Positions 1 to 12,634 of a DNA stretch of 64,000 bases are shown in pieces. This stretch comes from Balanoglossus misakiensis (Eukaryota > Animalia > Hemichordata), in contig CM082583.2 of assembly GCA_040954595.2 (NCBI GenBank), forward strand, positions 4,455,374 to 4,519,373, in the 5' to 3' direction. Position 1 is the first letter of the stretch, and every line of letters begins with the position of its first letter. The notes beneath the pieces were generated by a model that saw only the letters and a list, made by a program, of their open reading frames with translations, was not told the origin of the DNA and did no database searches. A program made the position numbers and the translations under genes.

Positions 1-267
1 CGTTCTGAATGTTCCCTACATCTGATTTTAATCAGATTGAGCTACGGGCAACATTACCACCAGACGATCATAGCCCTTGCAGCAGCGGCTGTCTGGTCAC
101 ATAAACAACCCACTAATTGAGCAATAAATTAGTGCTGATGTAAGAGGTATCGACACAAGAGGTCTAAGACGTGCCTCTCTGACATCACAGGGCATGGCCA
201 ATTTGTCATGCACCGAGGGGGCCCGGCCGACGGCTATAGTCTGTAGGTCAAATCGACCCTCACTTAC

Positions 268-2814
268 TTCGCTGTCTGGCACTGAGCATCGATACTGAAT
301 ATGCACTTCATCAAGGAATCCAAGGTCAGCAAACTGACATGATGCATCACATTTACCGATCCTTCGCCACACATATCAGACAGTTTATTCTGAAACAGAG
401 CATTCAGAAATAAGTGAATATTTATCAGTTTAGTTAGGCGTTTGAAGGTGGGAAGATAATGCATTAAAATCACATTGAGCTCCTATTTCTTATCCTAGTA
501 AAGTCTTGATATGATGTTCGATGAGGAAAACAGTAATACATTGTAGTTGTATAGTGGTTGTAACGGTGTACTCGCCACAAAGACTGCAGTTGTGTCATTG
601 AATATCTTCAGATAAGGTTTTAATATATCAAAATGGAAGCCAGGTGTTAAAAGCTTCCGGTTTCTTGTCCACTTTTCTCCCTTGCTCATGAGTAAACCAT
701 CTCCAAGCCAGGGCTTTATTAATCCATACGCCCACTCGTCCTTGGGTTCTGTATGTGTAAAAAAACACACAACACTTTAAGTTTGTATTTGGATTCAATT
801 TTTAAGAATAACAGTGTGGAATGTTCACCTCTAGGTGAGATGTGTCGATTTCATCGCCTCATTACGAGATACGGCGGGGCATCACAAAGAATACTCAAAG
901 CCTCTGGCCGCTGGCTATATACGTGTAAAATCCTCGGGTCAAAAGGAGGTGATTTGCCCGTCTGAATGGGTACACGCAGGTCTTGGGGTTACATGGCAGA
1001 TCGAACAATGCGGGGGTGACGTCCGCGACCATAAATATCAAAATGGAAAGAGGAGTCGAACAGTAAATATATAACAATCGTAACAAGAGATTCAGGAACG
1101 TGTACTAAGCAAATTTAGACTCGGTCGACGTTTTGCCCTCGGTGACTTTTCATCAGACAACCCGTTTCAAAGTGGGTTATAGTGCGTGTGACTGTACAGT
1201 TCTGGTGTAAATATGTCTGCTATAGTGAGGTTTATTTTAGGTAGCCCGCGTCAAGTACATGTATATGATTATGAAATTGGCGAATTGTTCATGACATTGA
1301 TACATGTATGTCTGAAAGGATGAACATTTCAAGACGGTCACCGTTTAGTGCGCCACGTAAAAGGTTAAGTTACTCCAGATTTACAGTGTGCTTTTTCGCT
1401 ATGCACCACACACGGTCTACCAATTTGGACTTCATTTTTATCTTCTTCTTTTTTTCTATTTGCATGTTAAATGACTAACCATGATAACTCAGGTCCCTGC
1501 TCACCGTGTGGTCTATGGTCATGACATCTTAGAAGTCAATTATGACCTTGTCTACTGCTGATTGGCTGAATTAATGAGCACAGGTGTTGCTGAATATCAG
1601 TGGCCTGAGTTGCCATGGCGAGAGTCCTTAGACATGCAAATTGGAAAATTATCAACATTTCAAACACGACGACGACATATTTCTAGACTGTGTGTGGGGA
1701 TCATAGCGGGAAACACACAAGTTTATATTCTAGACTAGTCAAATGAGTGATTTAGAATAGGAAAGAGTAAAATCGCGCATTTTCTTAATTGTAAATAAAA
1801 GTGTCTCTGCAGGTGTGATAAAGAAGATTTGACTCTACTAAGTGGCCTATCCAGCTTCCTGCTCTAAAAATATGAAAGGAGACTAACAGTTCGTCGTACT
1901 TAGACATCAGCTCATCATTAGTCTGAGTCTCCCCCCTCCCCCATCCCTTTGTCTCTGTCTCACCTGCTGTTGACAGAATCGCCTTTACTGTCACTGGGTG
2001 GCTGCACTCAAACAGCATGCGGAATGGTCCTACCCAAAGGGGATAACCATACTTATGTTTGTTTGTCCACTTGACTCCAGCTTCCAAACCCTTTATACCG
2101 GAATCCACCTGCAGGTGGAAATTACACCACAGTCACATGATCAGAAGGTTGTTACTTGGGGGGATTGCGTGAAAATATGCTCACCTGACCAAATGTGCTT
2201 AGAATACAGATGTTCTCAGGGTGACCTTTCATTTCTAGAAGTTGATGAAATAAAATTTATTGTATGCCGTGATTGAAGTGAGATACACCACGATCAGAAA
2301 TACTCCGCTGGAAACTTTCCGTTCGAGTTTAAAATCTATCGCTTTATTAAGTGTAATTAGCTAGATAATGCATAGTTACAATATAATCGTTTGTGAAATG
2401 TGGGTGGTTGATGTCGAGAAGGTTCGAATATACGGCGACGCGACAATGTTCCCGGAGACATAGCGTTGAGCAAATGATACAACCAGGTTCTGGAATTCGC
2501 AATAGAAACTGGTTTAGGCTGCGTGCATAGAATAAATTTTACCGATTTTTTTTTCCATATGGCAAAGTACCTTTTGGTAAACCGTCTTCATAACATTGAA
2601 AAAAGAAGAGCCATATAAAAACCGGTACGGTGCGTGACTTTTTTCTTACCAAATGCAAGTGTCCAAACAACCAGTGTCTTGGCTCTCCAGGAAAATCGAC
2701 AAGTCCTTTCTCCGTCCGCCGCCTCGTGGCCATTGCTTCCACAAACGCGTTGACCATCTTACTCGCGAGAAAAACGATGGCAACTACACAGACAGTCGTC
2801 ACAATCGAGATCAT
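268..2814 (-). CDS. CYP4 clan (CYP4F-like) cytochrome P450, copy A, exons 1-4; remainder lies left of the window
   Basis: Exons 2814-2650, 2108-1964, 748-576, 389-268 with AG acceptors and GT donors (intron 3 donor probably GC) splice in frame: N-terminal anchor [104 protein letters not shown], all CYP4-type motifs. No lesion in the visible exons. Confidence 0.9.
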
Positions 2815-2899
2815 GATACTTGCGCTTGGTGGGGAACTTTACTGATAAGCGAGTTTTGACCATGGACTTGTTCGTAGGCCCCCTGGGAACTTGAAGAAG

Positions 2900-3020
2900 T
2901 CTGAGTGTCACTTGGGCGTGGGCACTGGTGTCTGGGTCTCAGTAAAATGGCGACGATCCGAGCCAATAGTACGTGCAAAGGTCAGGATTTAACTAACCAC
3001 CTGGCCTGCACGTCATTTCT
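2900..3020 (-). promoter_or_regulatory. Putative proximal promoter of CYP4 copy A
   Basis: About 100-200 bp upstream of the ATG: GC-box gggcgtgg (2914-2921), ccaat (2963-2967), DR1-like cgtgcaaaggtca (2972-2984). Nearly identical block upstream of copy B. Function is inferred from motifs only. Confidence 0.4.
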
Positions 3021-3539
3021 GCTTCTAAATCAATTGACGTGCTGATAAATTTGGGGAGAGTTAGGTAAACCATGGAGGTACTAAGAGATGGGTAAACCAG
3101 CAATCTGATTAAAATCAGATGTAGGGAACGGCGACGGTAGATATGAACAGAATGTCCTCGCGAGATGTGTAACTGCTCATTTTGCTGATCATTTACGCAG
3201 CGTGTCCACATTGGTTATTTTACACCGGCACTGCAGGCCCAGCACCGGTGTGCAACACCACCGTAAACTGTCCACGACCTACTGGATGAGACAGTTTTTT
3301 GGAACTGAAGACTGCTAATATTTTGAGCATGAAGGTCACTTGATTTTGCCCAATGATAAACGGGGTCATGCAGCATTTTTTGTGCAAGAAACCGGGGAGG
3401 GTCAGGAGATGTTCCTCTTTTCTTCATGAAAATGATGGATTGTAACAAATCATCTGCTGTTATTCCAGTTTAATCCCGCGCGCGGATTATCCAGTTCTTA
3501 TTTGTGTGAATAGGATCAGCTAAGACATTGTTGGCTCAA

Positions 3540-3882
3540 CCAGTTATGCGCGTGCATAGGGAGGCATTACCTGTTGAAATTATATCGCAGTTGTGTTTGA
3601 AGTATTCACTTTCATCAGAGTCAATAGTAAGACGAGATTTGATAATGTCTTCCGGTGTTCCAAGATTTGACGAGCTTTCAAACTTTAAATGTTCCAGTGT
3701 CTCTTTGTCGGATTCTCATCTGTCCCTCAAAATTGTTTCCAGCAAAACTGAACAGTAAAGACACGGGCAATGGTTATCCGAAACGGCAGAATGGTCACCT
3801 TTTTCTTTCACCCCCAACAACTTTCTCTCGACGCCCCATTTCCCTTCTCGTTCTAAGCGCACTTGTTGGCAATGTCACTTTT
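3540..3882 (+). mobile_element. Degenerate tyrosine-recombinase relic (DIRS/Ngaro-like or Crypton-like), copy A, truncated at the duplication junction
   Basis: Translates as REALPVEIISQLCLKY...RRDLIM...RFDELSNFKCSSVSLSDSHLSLKIVSSKT (RxxE and SKT motifs of YR proteins). Aligns with 11380-11693 and stops abruptly at 3882. Confidence 0.65.
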
Positions 3883-4728
3883 ATTGCAGAAAACAACGTC
3901 TACTTAGGAAACGAAGAGGCCAACGAAAAGCGACTTCTTCGTCACGTGTTCAAAGCTGGCGACGTTTACATCAACACTGGGGATCTGATGATGTTCAACA
4001 AGGACTACTACCGTGTCATCTGACCTCGTGTCTAGAATTACACAGCAGAGATACTGATTTCTACTAAATGCAAATAAGACTGAAACGTGATTTCGTTCAC
4101 CCGTTTTGTTTTGATGCATTTCAGATGGAGAGGTGAGAATGTAGCGACAACGGAAGTGTCTCAAGTCATAGGATCATACCCGGATGTGAAACAAGTTATT
4201 GTATACGGTGTTAAAGTACCAGGTTTGTCAGTCTGATTATTAAATACAGCATTTTTACTCAAAATAACTTGAGAAGCGCTTCCACTGTCTGTGATGGTCC
4301 TCGGCCCTCAATAATTTGTGTCATGGCTCTGTTCATACTCGGGTGCGCATGTCAACATAAATACCAACATCTCTTTGTTAACGTTTCAGTTGTGGACATG
4401 TTTTTTGCGACCCACAGGTCACAACGGTCGTGCTGGCATGGCTGCCATTGTCTGCGGAGATGATGATCGCCACATTGACTTACGACAGCTCTACGCCCAC
4501 CTGCAATCCAGGCTACCGTCCTACGCTGTTCCTAGATTTCTGAGAATCCGGGAGGCGTTGGAAACAACGGTCACGTTCAAGTACACCAAAACCGATCTCA
4601 TGAAGGAGGGTTTCGATCCGGCAATCGTCAAAGAAGCCGTTTTCATGTGTGACGATAGCAAACAGACTTACTGCAGAGTTGTTGAGGACGTTTACGGTAA
4701 AATCGTCCGTGGAATGTCACGTTTATGA
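3883..4728 (+). pseudogene. 3' remnant of an SLC27/FATP (very-long-chain acyl-CoA synthetase) gene
   Basis: Broken exon ~3883-4011 (YLGNEEANEKRLLRHVFKAGDVYINTGDLMMFNKDYY) lacks the following DRxGDTFR and any donor. Exon 4125-4222 WRGENVATTEVSQVIGSYPDVKQVIVYGVKVPG; last exon 4418-4728 HNGRAGMAAI...LPSYAVPRFLRI...TFKYTKTDLMKEGFDP...stop. No room for upstream exons, since the YR relic and CYP4 copy A lie there. Confidence 0.85.
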
Positions 4729-6990
4729 AGTGACAGATGGCGAAATACATGTCCAGGTCTGGGTGTAACTTTCACATTAAATCCCCTTCATGCACAGAGG
4801 CTATGCGCGCGTATTGTTCAATAGCGATAGATACACAACACAACAGAACTAACCGAACACAAAGCGAAAGTTACAGCAGATGGAACTATGAATAATAAGG
4901 GTCACCGCATAAGCTCTTGCTCAAAAAGAGAATTACCTTACCGGTACCGTAAACCGGCAGAGGAAAGGCGAAAATCATGTATAAAAACTGAGTGTATGTG
5001 AGTCTGTATTATCTCCTAAAATGGCGTATCCAGTTTTCTTCTGTGTTTTCAAAAAGACTCCCAAAAACACTTTCATATAGCAAAGAATTGAAAGGTTTGA
5101 AAAGAAGTCTATTAGTATTATGCAAAAAAGAAGACAGTCACACACACTCAATCATGTTCCAACGGTCAGTGACCTATATTATACACTAAAGGAAAAGATT
5201 ATATCAGAATAATGTGTCGCTAAAATTTGTCTAGTTTCCATTAACATGATTACCGGTAATAATTCCCCCGTTCTGCCACTACGCTAATGACAAAGACTTG
5301 GTGTCATTCTATCCAGGGCAGTCAATGGCCAAAGCAGCTCGGAGAATTTCTTGGTAGGATTACTAGTATTCAAAAATTAGTATACTCGAAGGACAAACGA
5401 CATCTACTTATAAAATAAAACACAAACTAGCCCATATATAATTGAAGACATTTTCACTGTTTCCACTGTAGTGATCGTCTTCAACTTGGCGATTTGGGCA
5501 TTCACTATCCACACATGAAAACTTATTAAACTTTGCGTTTCTTGAAATAAATATACATTCCATCAGCTGCTCGCAGTACCACTTCCGCGACCATTCTTGG
5601 CGGTTTCTTTTCATCCAGAGAGACTTCAAAATTATGTAGCACCATCGAGATAACCACCTTAATTTCGTTCATCGCAAAATTCTGGCCGATGCAGTTTCTG
5701 AATTTAAAAAATAAATTAAAAAAAATGTATTTTTATCACAAATATTATGACTACAACGAGCATGCACGGTATTTGTCCGGAATGTATATATGGCTCCCGA
5801 AGTACTCGACCCTTGCAAAGTACTTAGCCTATACATTCATTCATCGCCCGCGATTTATTACGTGCACATGCGCACTACTACAGAAACGCAGGCGCACACA
5901 GGAGACCACGTGTACGTATAGACAATGGGTCAGATGGTGCAAGCACCAACTGACGTAGTCTGGTACAACTGACGAAGTGGAACATACCTCGGTCCAGCAG
6001 AGAAGGGCACAAAGGCGTGCGGGGATCTCTTCTCAACATTCTCCGGAAGAAATCGCGATGGATCATACACTCCCGGGTCATCCCAAACATGAGAGTTGTG
6101 GTGTAAATTGTAGATGTTTATACGCAGTGACGTGCCTGACAATTGGATTAAGAAAAAAAAATAAAACTTTGTATATCTAACTAAAAGTAAAGCATTTCCG
6201 AAATGTATGAATTTTAAAATGCTGTGACGCGTTGTGTGAACTTTGTAATGTCGCTTCAACATAATCTTACATCTAGATTATTTTGTGTCCATAAGTAAGG
6301 GGACCTATTTAATAATTTTACCACTACAGGTTCCAGATACAGGCCATAAAATTAAACCAACGTTTAATTATTTCAGAAAACACATAAAATATTACTTCAT
6401 TATATCAAATTTAAAGTAGTAACGGCCGCTTGTCTTTATCTACCTGGAGAGTACACTTAAAATTGATTGAATGACGACATGTGAAATGTTGAGAAAATGA
6501 TATACCAGTACTGACCTGTTTGAAAGGTTCGCCCATCGGGTAAATTGAGAGGTTTCGTAATTTGCCTCACAATCACAGGTACTGTGGGTGAAATGCGAAG
6601 GCTTTCTTTGATACATATCGTCATATACGGGAAACCGTTGAGATCGTCCCTAAAATTGAAAGAGACATTAATCAGAATTGTACAACAATTATTTGTTTGT
6701 TTAAAAAAAACACAATCATACGACATTAGTAAAAGACGCACCATTCTAACTCAGCAGAACCCTTGCTTGCAAAGAACTCGTCTATCTCCTCCTGACATTT
6801 TCTCTGATGTTCGGGGTTTTTGGCCAGGTTATAGAGACACCATGATATTCCACTGGCTGTCGTGTCATGTCCTTCAAACATAAATGTGTCCACTTCGTCC
6901 TGTATCTCTTGATCCGTCAGACCAACACCATCTTCATCCTGTACAAAATAATCAGCTTTTGGTTGTTTGTTACCGTAATAGATGTTACGT

Positions 6991-7105
6991 AGACTCTCTC
7001 ACAGCCCACGGTTCGCTACAAGGCTCTTCACTGATGCGCCCTCAACCACACATGCAATCAGAACATAAGCCTGCATGGACGACGTGAGGGGCTGTGAGAG
7101 AGTCT
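6991..7105. mobile_element. Small MITE-like inverted-repeat element in CYP4 copy B intron 5
   Basis: 17-bp terminal inverted repeats agactctctcacagccc / gggctgtgagagagtct; 115 bp, non-coding. Confidence 0.6.
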
Positions 7106-7299
7106 TTAATAGGTGATGCATCCCGTGGCCGGCGGAAACGTTGGGCAAGTTAAGTTTTGAATAGCGACTGCAAAGATGGATCTTTTATGGTTATGAATAT
7201 GACTTGACCGTGTATAGACCCCTTACAGCTTGGAGTCAAAAACTATAGCTAATGAACATTATGCTCAAAGCTAAGTAATGCTTGGCTTTTCTCGGGAAT

Positions 7300-7408
7300 G
7301 AACCAATCAACCAATCAATCGATCAATCAATCAATCAATCAATCAATCAACCAACCAACCAACCAACCAACCAACCAACCAACCAACCAACCAACCAACC
7401 AATCAACC
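7300..7408. repeat. (AATC)n(AACC)n microsatellite
   Basis: Directly visible tetranucleotide tract. Confidence 0.95.
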
Positions 7409-8604
7409 AGTAGACAAAAAATCACCTTAGCAGACAGAAGAATGTCTATAAAATCCACATATTTCCTTGTGTTGACCTGGCCAGTCTCTTGCTCCTCTTT
7501 AAAGGCTGCCTTCCTCTTCTTGATAACATTTCGTGTATAACCGTGAAGAGATTCTATTTGTCGTTTGTAATTTCGACCATCAGACGTGCAGTAGTAGATT
7601 AAATCACTGTGGTGGAAAAAGTTGTAGAACCTTTTCAACGCCAAGGCGGAGATGCCGAAGACAGATTTAATGTAGGGGTTCATTTCTCTGAAATTACAAA
7701 AAAATAATTCATGGAGCTTTACCACCGTGCCGACATACGTCTCTTGCATGATGAAAAAAAAATAGCAACACTTATTTATTCATCGCAAAGAAGGGCAAAC
7801 GATGTGGTTACAAGAATCACTAATGATAAAAGTAACTTTCGTATCCCGGATACTTTATTTCACAGTCCTGAAGTGCACGTCTGTTAGCTGTGTGTTGTTT
7901 GCATGATTGACCAACACGTGTGCGGAGATTTGGCGACACAGCCACATTTTCTGAGAAAACATGGCTGAAAACATGTCTCCTTGGTTACGTGAAGAGTTTG
8001 GGAGAACGCTGTGTGCACGTTCTGAATGTGTCTTCACGTGTGTGCATGAGAAAATGGCCTCTGTCCACACATGATTGAAATCCGGGCAACATAGCTATGC
8101 ATACAGGTCTGTGCCAGGTGTTCGCGGCGTTACACGGCCTCCACTTTGTGACGCCGGGAACACACAGACCTGTACGCAGAGCTACGGGCAACACTACCAC
8201 CAGACGATCATAGCCCTTGCAGCAGCGGCTGTCTGGTCACATAAACAACCCAGCTCCCACCATTGAGATTAATAGAGCAATAAATTAGCGCTGATGTAAG
8301 TGGTATCCGACAAAAGAGGTCTAAGGTGCCTCTGACATCACAGGGCGAGGGGGCCTAGTCTGTAGGTCAAATCGACCTTCACTTACTTCGCTGTCTGGCA
8401 CTGAGCATCGATACTGCACTTCATCAAGGAATCCAAGGTCAGCAAACTGACATGATGCATCACATCTACCGATCCTTCGCCACTCATATCAGACAGTTTA
8501 TTCTGAAACAGAGCATTCAGAAATAAGTGAATATTTATCAGTTTAGTAAGGGGTTTGATGGTGGAAAGATAATGCATTAAAATCACGTTGAACATGAGCT
8601 CCTA

Positions 8605-8814
<210 letters not shown>

Positions 8815-10889
8815 TTATGAGTAAACCATCTCCAAGCCAGGGCTTTATGAATCCATACGCCCACTCGTCCTTGGGTTCTGTTTGTGTAAAAAAACAACAA
8901 CACTTTAAGTTTGTATTTGGATTCAATTTTTGAGAATAACAATGTGGAATGTTCACCTCTAGGTGAGATGTGTCGATAAACTAAACAGATTTAATCGCCT
9001 CATTACGAGATAAGGCGGAGCATCACAAATATGAAACTTTTTACGGATGTATACTCAAAGTACGGCGTGCCTCTGGCTACGTGTAAAATCCTCGGGTCAA
9101 AAGGACGTGATCTGCCCGTCTGGGTACACGTAGTTGTCGGGGGTAACGAGTGGTAGATCGAACATTGAACAATGCGGGGTGACGTCCGCGACCATAAATA
9201 TCAAAATGGAAAGAGGAGTCGAACAGTAAATATAGTGCAGCTGTATTATAACAACCGTACCAAAAGATTCAGGAATTAGGCCAATTTAGACTCGTATTGT
9301 TTGCGACATTGATATGTCTGAAAGGTTGAAAATTTCAAGACTCGTGTGTTTTTTTTCTCTATGCTCAACACACGGTCTAGTAATTTGGTCTTCATTTTTT
9401 TTGCTATGTGCATGTAAATGTAACCTGGTCTACTGCTGATTGGCTGAATTATAAGCACAGGTGTTGCTGAATATCAGTGGCCTGAGTTGCCATGGCGAGA
9501 GTCCTTAGGCATGCAAATTGGAAAATTATCAACATTTCAAAAATGAAGACGACATATTGCAAGACTGTGTGTGGGGAGCATAGCGGGAAACACACGAGTC
9601 TATATTCTAGAGTAGTCAAATGAGTGCATGATTTGGAATAGGAAAGAGTAAAATCGCACATTTTCTTAATTGTACTAAATAAAAGTGTCTCTGCAGGTGT
9701 GATAAAGAAGAGTTGACAATAGTAAGTGGCCTATCCAGCTTCGTACTTAGACATCAGCTCATCATTAGTCTGAGTCTCCCCCCTCCCTCCACCCCCTTTC
9801 CCTTTTGTCTCTGTCTCACCTGCTGTTGACAGAATCGCCTTTACTGTCACAGGGTGGCTGCACTCAAACAACATCCGGAATGGTCCTACCCATAAGGGAT
9901 AACCATACTTATGTTTGTTTGTCCACTTGACTCCAGCTTCCAAACCCTTTATACCGGAATCCACCTGCGTATGGAAATTACACCACAGTTACATCAGAAG
10001 GCTGTTACTTGGGAGGATTGCGCGAAGATATGCTCACCTGACCAAATGAGTTATTATCTCACCAGTGTGGTCCCTGAGTATAGGCCTATGCTGGGCACGT
10101 CATACCGTGTGCACATACTATGTACGGTACCCTGTTTCTTCAGTAAAATAACATTGCACGCCACTCCGTGAATGTTGACAAAGTTAAACCTGTTAAAATC
10201 CAGTAAAAATGTGCTTAGAATGCAGATGTTCTCTGGGTGATCTTTTGTTTCTAGAAGTTGATGAAATAAAATTTATTGTTTGCCATGAATAAACTGAGAT
10301 ACACCACGATCAGAAATACCCTGCTGGAAACTTTTCGTTTGAGTTTAAAATCTATCCCTTTAAGTGTAATTAGGTTAGTTACAATATAATCGTTTGTGAA
10401 ATTTGGATGTTTGATAGTCGACACGTCAATGTTCCCGGAGACATGGCGTAAATGATACAATCAGGTTCTGGAATTCGCAATAGAAACTGGTTTAGGCTGC
10501 GTGCATGCAATAAATTTTGCAGATTTTTTTTCCATATGGCAAAGTACCGTTTGGTAAACCGTCTTCATAACATTGAAAAAATAAGAGTCATGTAGAAACC
10601 GGTTCGGTGCGTGACCTGTTCTTACCAAATGCAAGTGTCCAAACAACCAGTGTCTTGGCTCGCCAGGAAAATCGACAAGTCCTTTCTCCGTCCGCCGCCT
10701 CGTGGCCATTGCTTCCACAAACGCGTTGACCATCTTACTCGCGAGAAAAACGATGCCAACTACACAGACAGCCGTCACAATCGAGATCATGATAATTGCG
10801 CTTAAGCTTGGTGAGGGACTGTACTGATAAGCGAGTTTTGACCATGGACTTATTCGTACGCCCCTGGGAACTTGAAGAAGTCTGAGTGT

Positions 10890-11000
10890 CACTTGGGTGT
10901 GGGCACTGGTGTCTGGGTCTCAGTAAAATGGCGACGATCCGAGCCAATAGTACGTGCAAAGGTCAGGATTTAACTAACCACCTGGACTGCACGTCATTTC
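10890..11000 (-). promoter_or_regulatory. Putative proximal promoter of CYP4 copy B
   Basis: Same ccaat and DR1-like cgtgcaaaggtca (10953-10965) block as upstream of copy A. Confidence 0.35.
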
Positions 11001-11379
11001 TGCGTCAATTGACGCGGTGAACCAGATTATGAACAGAATGTCTCCAGCTAATTTTGCTGATCATTTACTCAGCGTGTCCACATTGGGTATTTTACACCGC
11101 CCAAGGCCCAGCTACACCGCCGTAAACTGTCCACGACCTACTGGATTTGGAACTGAAGACTGCTAATATTTTCAGCATGAGGGTCAACTGATTTTGCTCA
11201 ATGATAAAGGGGGGGGGGGGTCATGCAGCATTATTTGTGCAAGAAATCGGGGGAGGGTCAGGAGATGTTCCTCTTTTCTTCATGAAAATGATGGATTGTA
11301 ACAAATCATCTGCTGTTATTCCGCAGATTATCCAGTTCTTATTTCTGTGAATAGGATCAGCCAAGACATTGTTGGCTCA

Positions 11380-11830
11380 ACCTGTTGAAATTTTATTGCA
11401 GCTGTGTTAGAAGTATTCACTTTCATCAGAGTCAATAGTAAGGCGAGATTTGATAACGTTTTCCGGTTTTCTAAGATTTGACGAGCTTTCAAACTTTAAA
11501 TGTTCCAGTGTCTCTTTGTCGGATTCTCATCTGTCCCTCAAGATTGTTTCCAGCAAAACTGATCTGTCAAGACACGGCCAATGGTTCTCCGAAACGGCAG
11601 AATGGTCACCTTTTTCTTTCACCCCCAACAACTTTCTTTCGACGCCCCATTTCCCTTCTCGTTCTAAGCGCACTTGTTGGCAATGTCACTTTTTCCCCAC
11701 ATAGCTTTAGGCGTGGCGGAGCTTCTTGGGCTCGCAGAATTGATCAAGTTTAATAGTTGGTAGATTGGAAAAGTGACTCTTTCAGGAAGTATCTTCACCC
11801 CTCTCTCCCACTTCGTTTAGATGCCCGTTT
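11380..11830 (+). mobile_element. Degenerate tyrosine-recombinase relic (DIRS/Ngaro-like), longer copy
   Basis: Across frameshifts: FSGFLRFDELSNFKC...SSKTDLSRHG (11450-11580), FSPHSFRRGGASWA (11691-11732), DWKSDSFRKYLHPSLPLRL (11763-11819), giving the R-K-HxxR-W-Y catalytic set of tyrosine recombinases. No RT or RNase H seen. Confidence 0.75.
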
Positions 11831-12634
11831 TGCTTCCCATTTATCTCTTCCTCGTGTTGTTCCGCCTACACCCACTAGTTTCTTGCGCCTTGGGGGATTT
11901 TAGTCCTCAGCTAAGTTTATCGAGTCTTTGTTTCTGTAGGTTACTAGTGATTTCCCCATATTCCCGCAGCCTTAATTTACATTTCAATAGCCAATGTTTG
12001 CATATCAATATGGGAATACTCTACTGCGGTTTTTTTAAAAGTTTTATTGTGTTTTCTGTTAAGTATTAAACTACCCCTACTCTTCCAAGACACATGAGTA
12101 AGTGTGTTGCCATATGTGCATTGTGATCTCAGGCGGTGTCTACCGCCCTCTATGTAGGGACCCAGGTTTTTAAATGACCAAAAAACCATCGACCCGAAAC
12201 CGAAAACGTATCCGAATCCTAATTTGAACATAAATACGGTGTCCATCAGGCATGCGCTGACAAAGTGAGCTGTTTGACATGCCTAATTGTGATGGGAACC
12301 TACTATAGTCCACTTTCTTCTTCAATTGTGATTCAGGACTTGTATTTTTAAAGACAATTTCAGTTTCAGTTTCAGAGCTACGTAAACGGAGCCCACGCTT
12401 GGAATCTTCCCGGATCCGAAAGTGAATATGATTCATGTGCCGACTCTAATGTACCCTATCAGCTGAGAACGTCGGAGGTTACAGAGTGCACGTGTGTCCC
12501 TGTGGCTGTTGTGATGCGGTAACAGTGTAAACTTATCGCTCGTTGAAATTAAGTTATCTTGTTATAAACCCACATTTCGTCCGCGAGAGAAAGTGAACTC
12601 ATTGTAGAACTCCCCATTTCAAGAAACTGCCATC

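Noticed and set aside
1120-1170. Penelope-type minimal hammerhead ribozyme on the minus strand (ctgatga-aaagtcaccgagggc-aaaac-gtc)
   Set aside because: The essential GAAA reads AAAA and stems I and II barely pair; at most a dead relic.
3655-4023. Functional recombinase-FATP fusion protein
   Set aside because: The recombinase part is read out of its motif frame and the FATP part is truncated by a stop; an incidental product of the junction.
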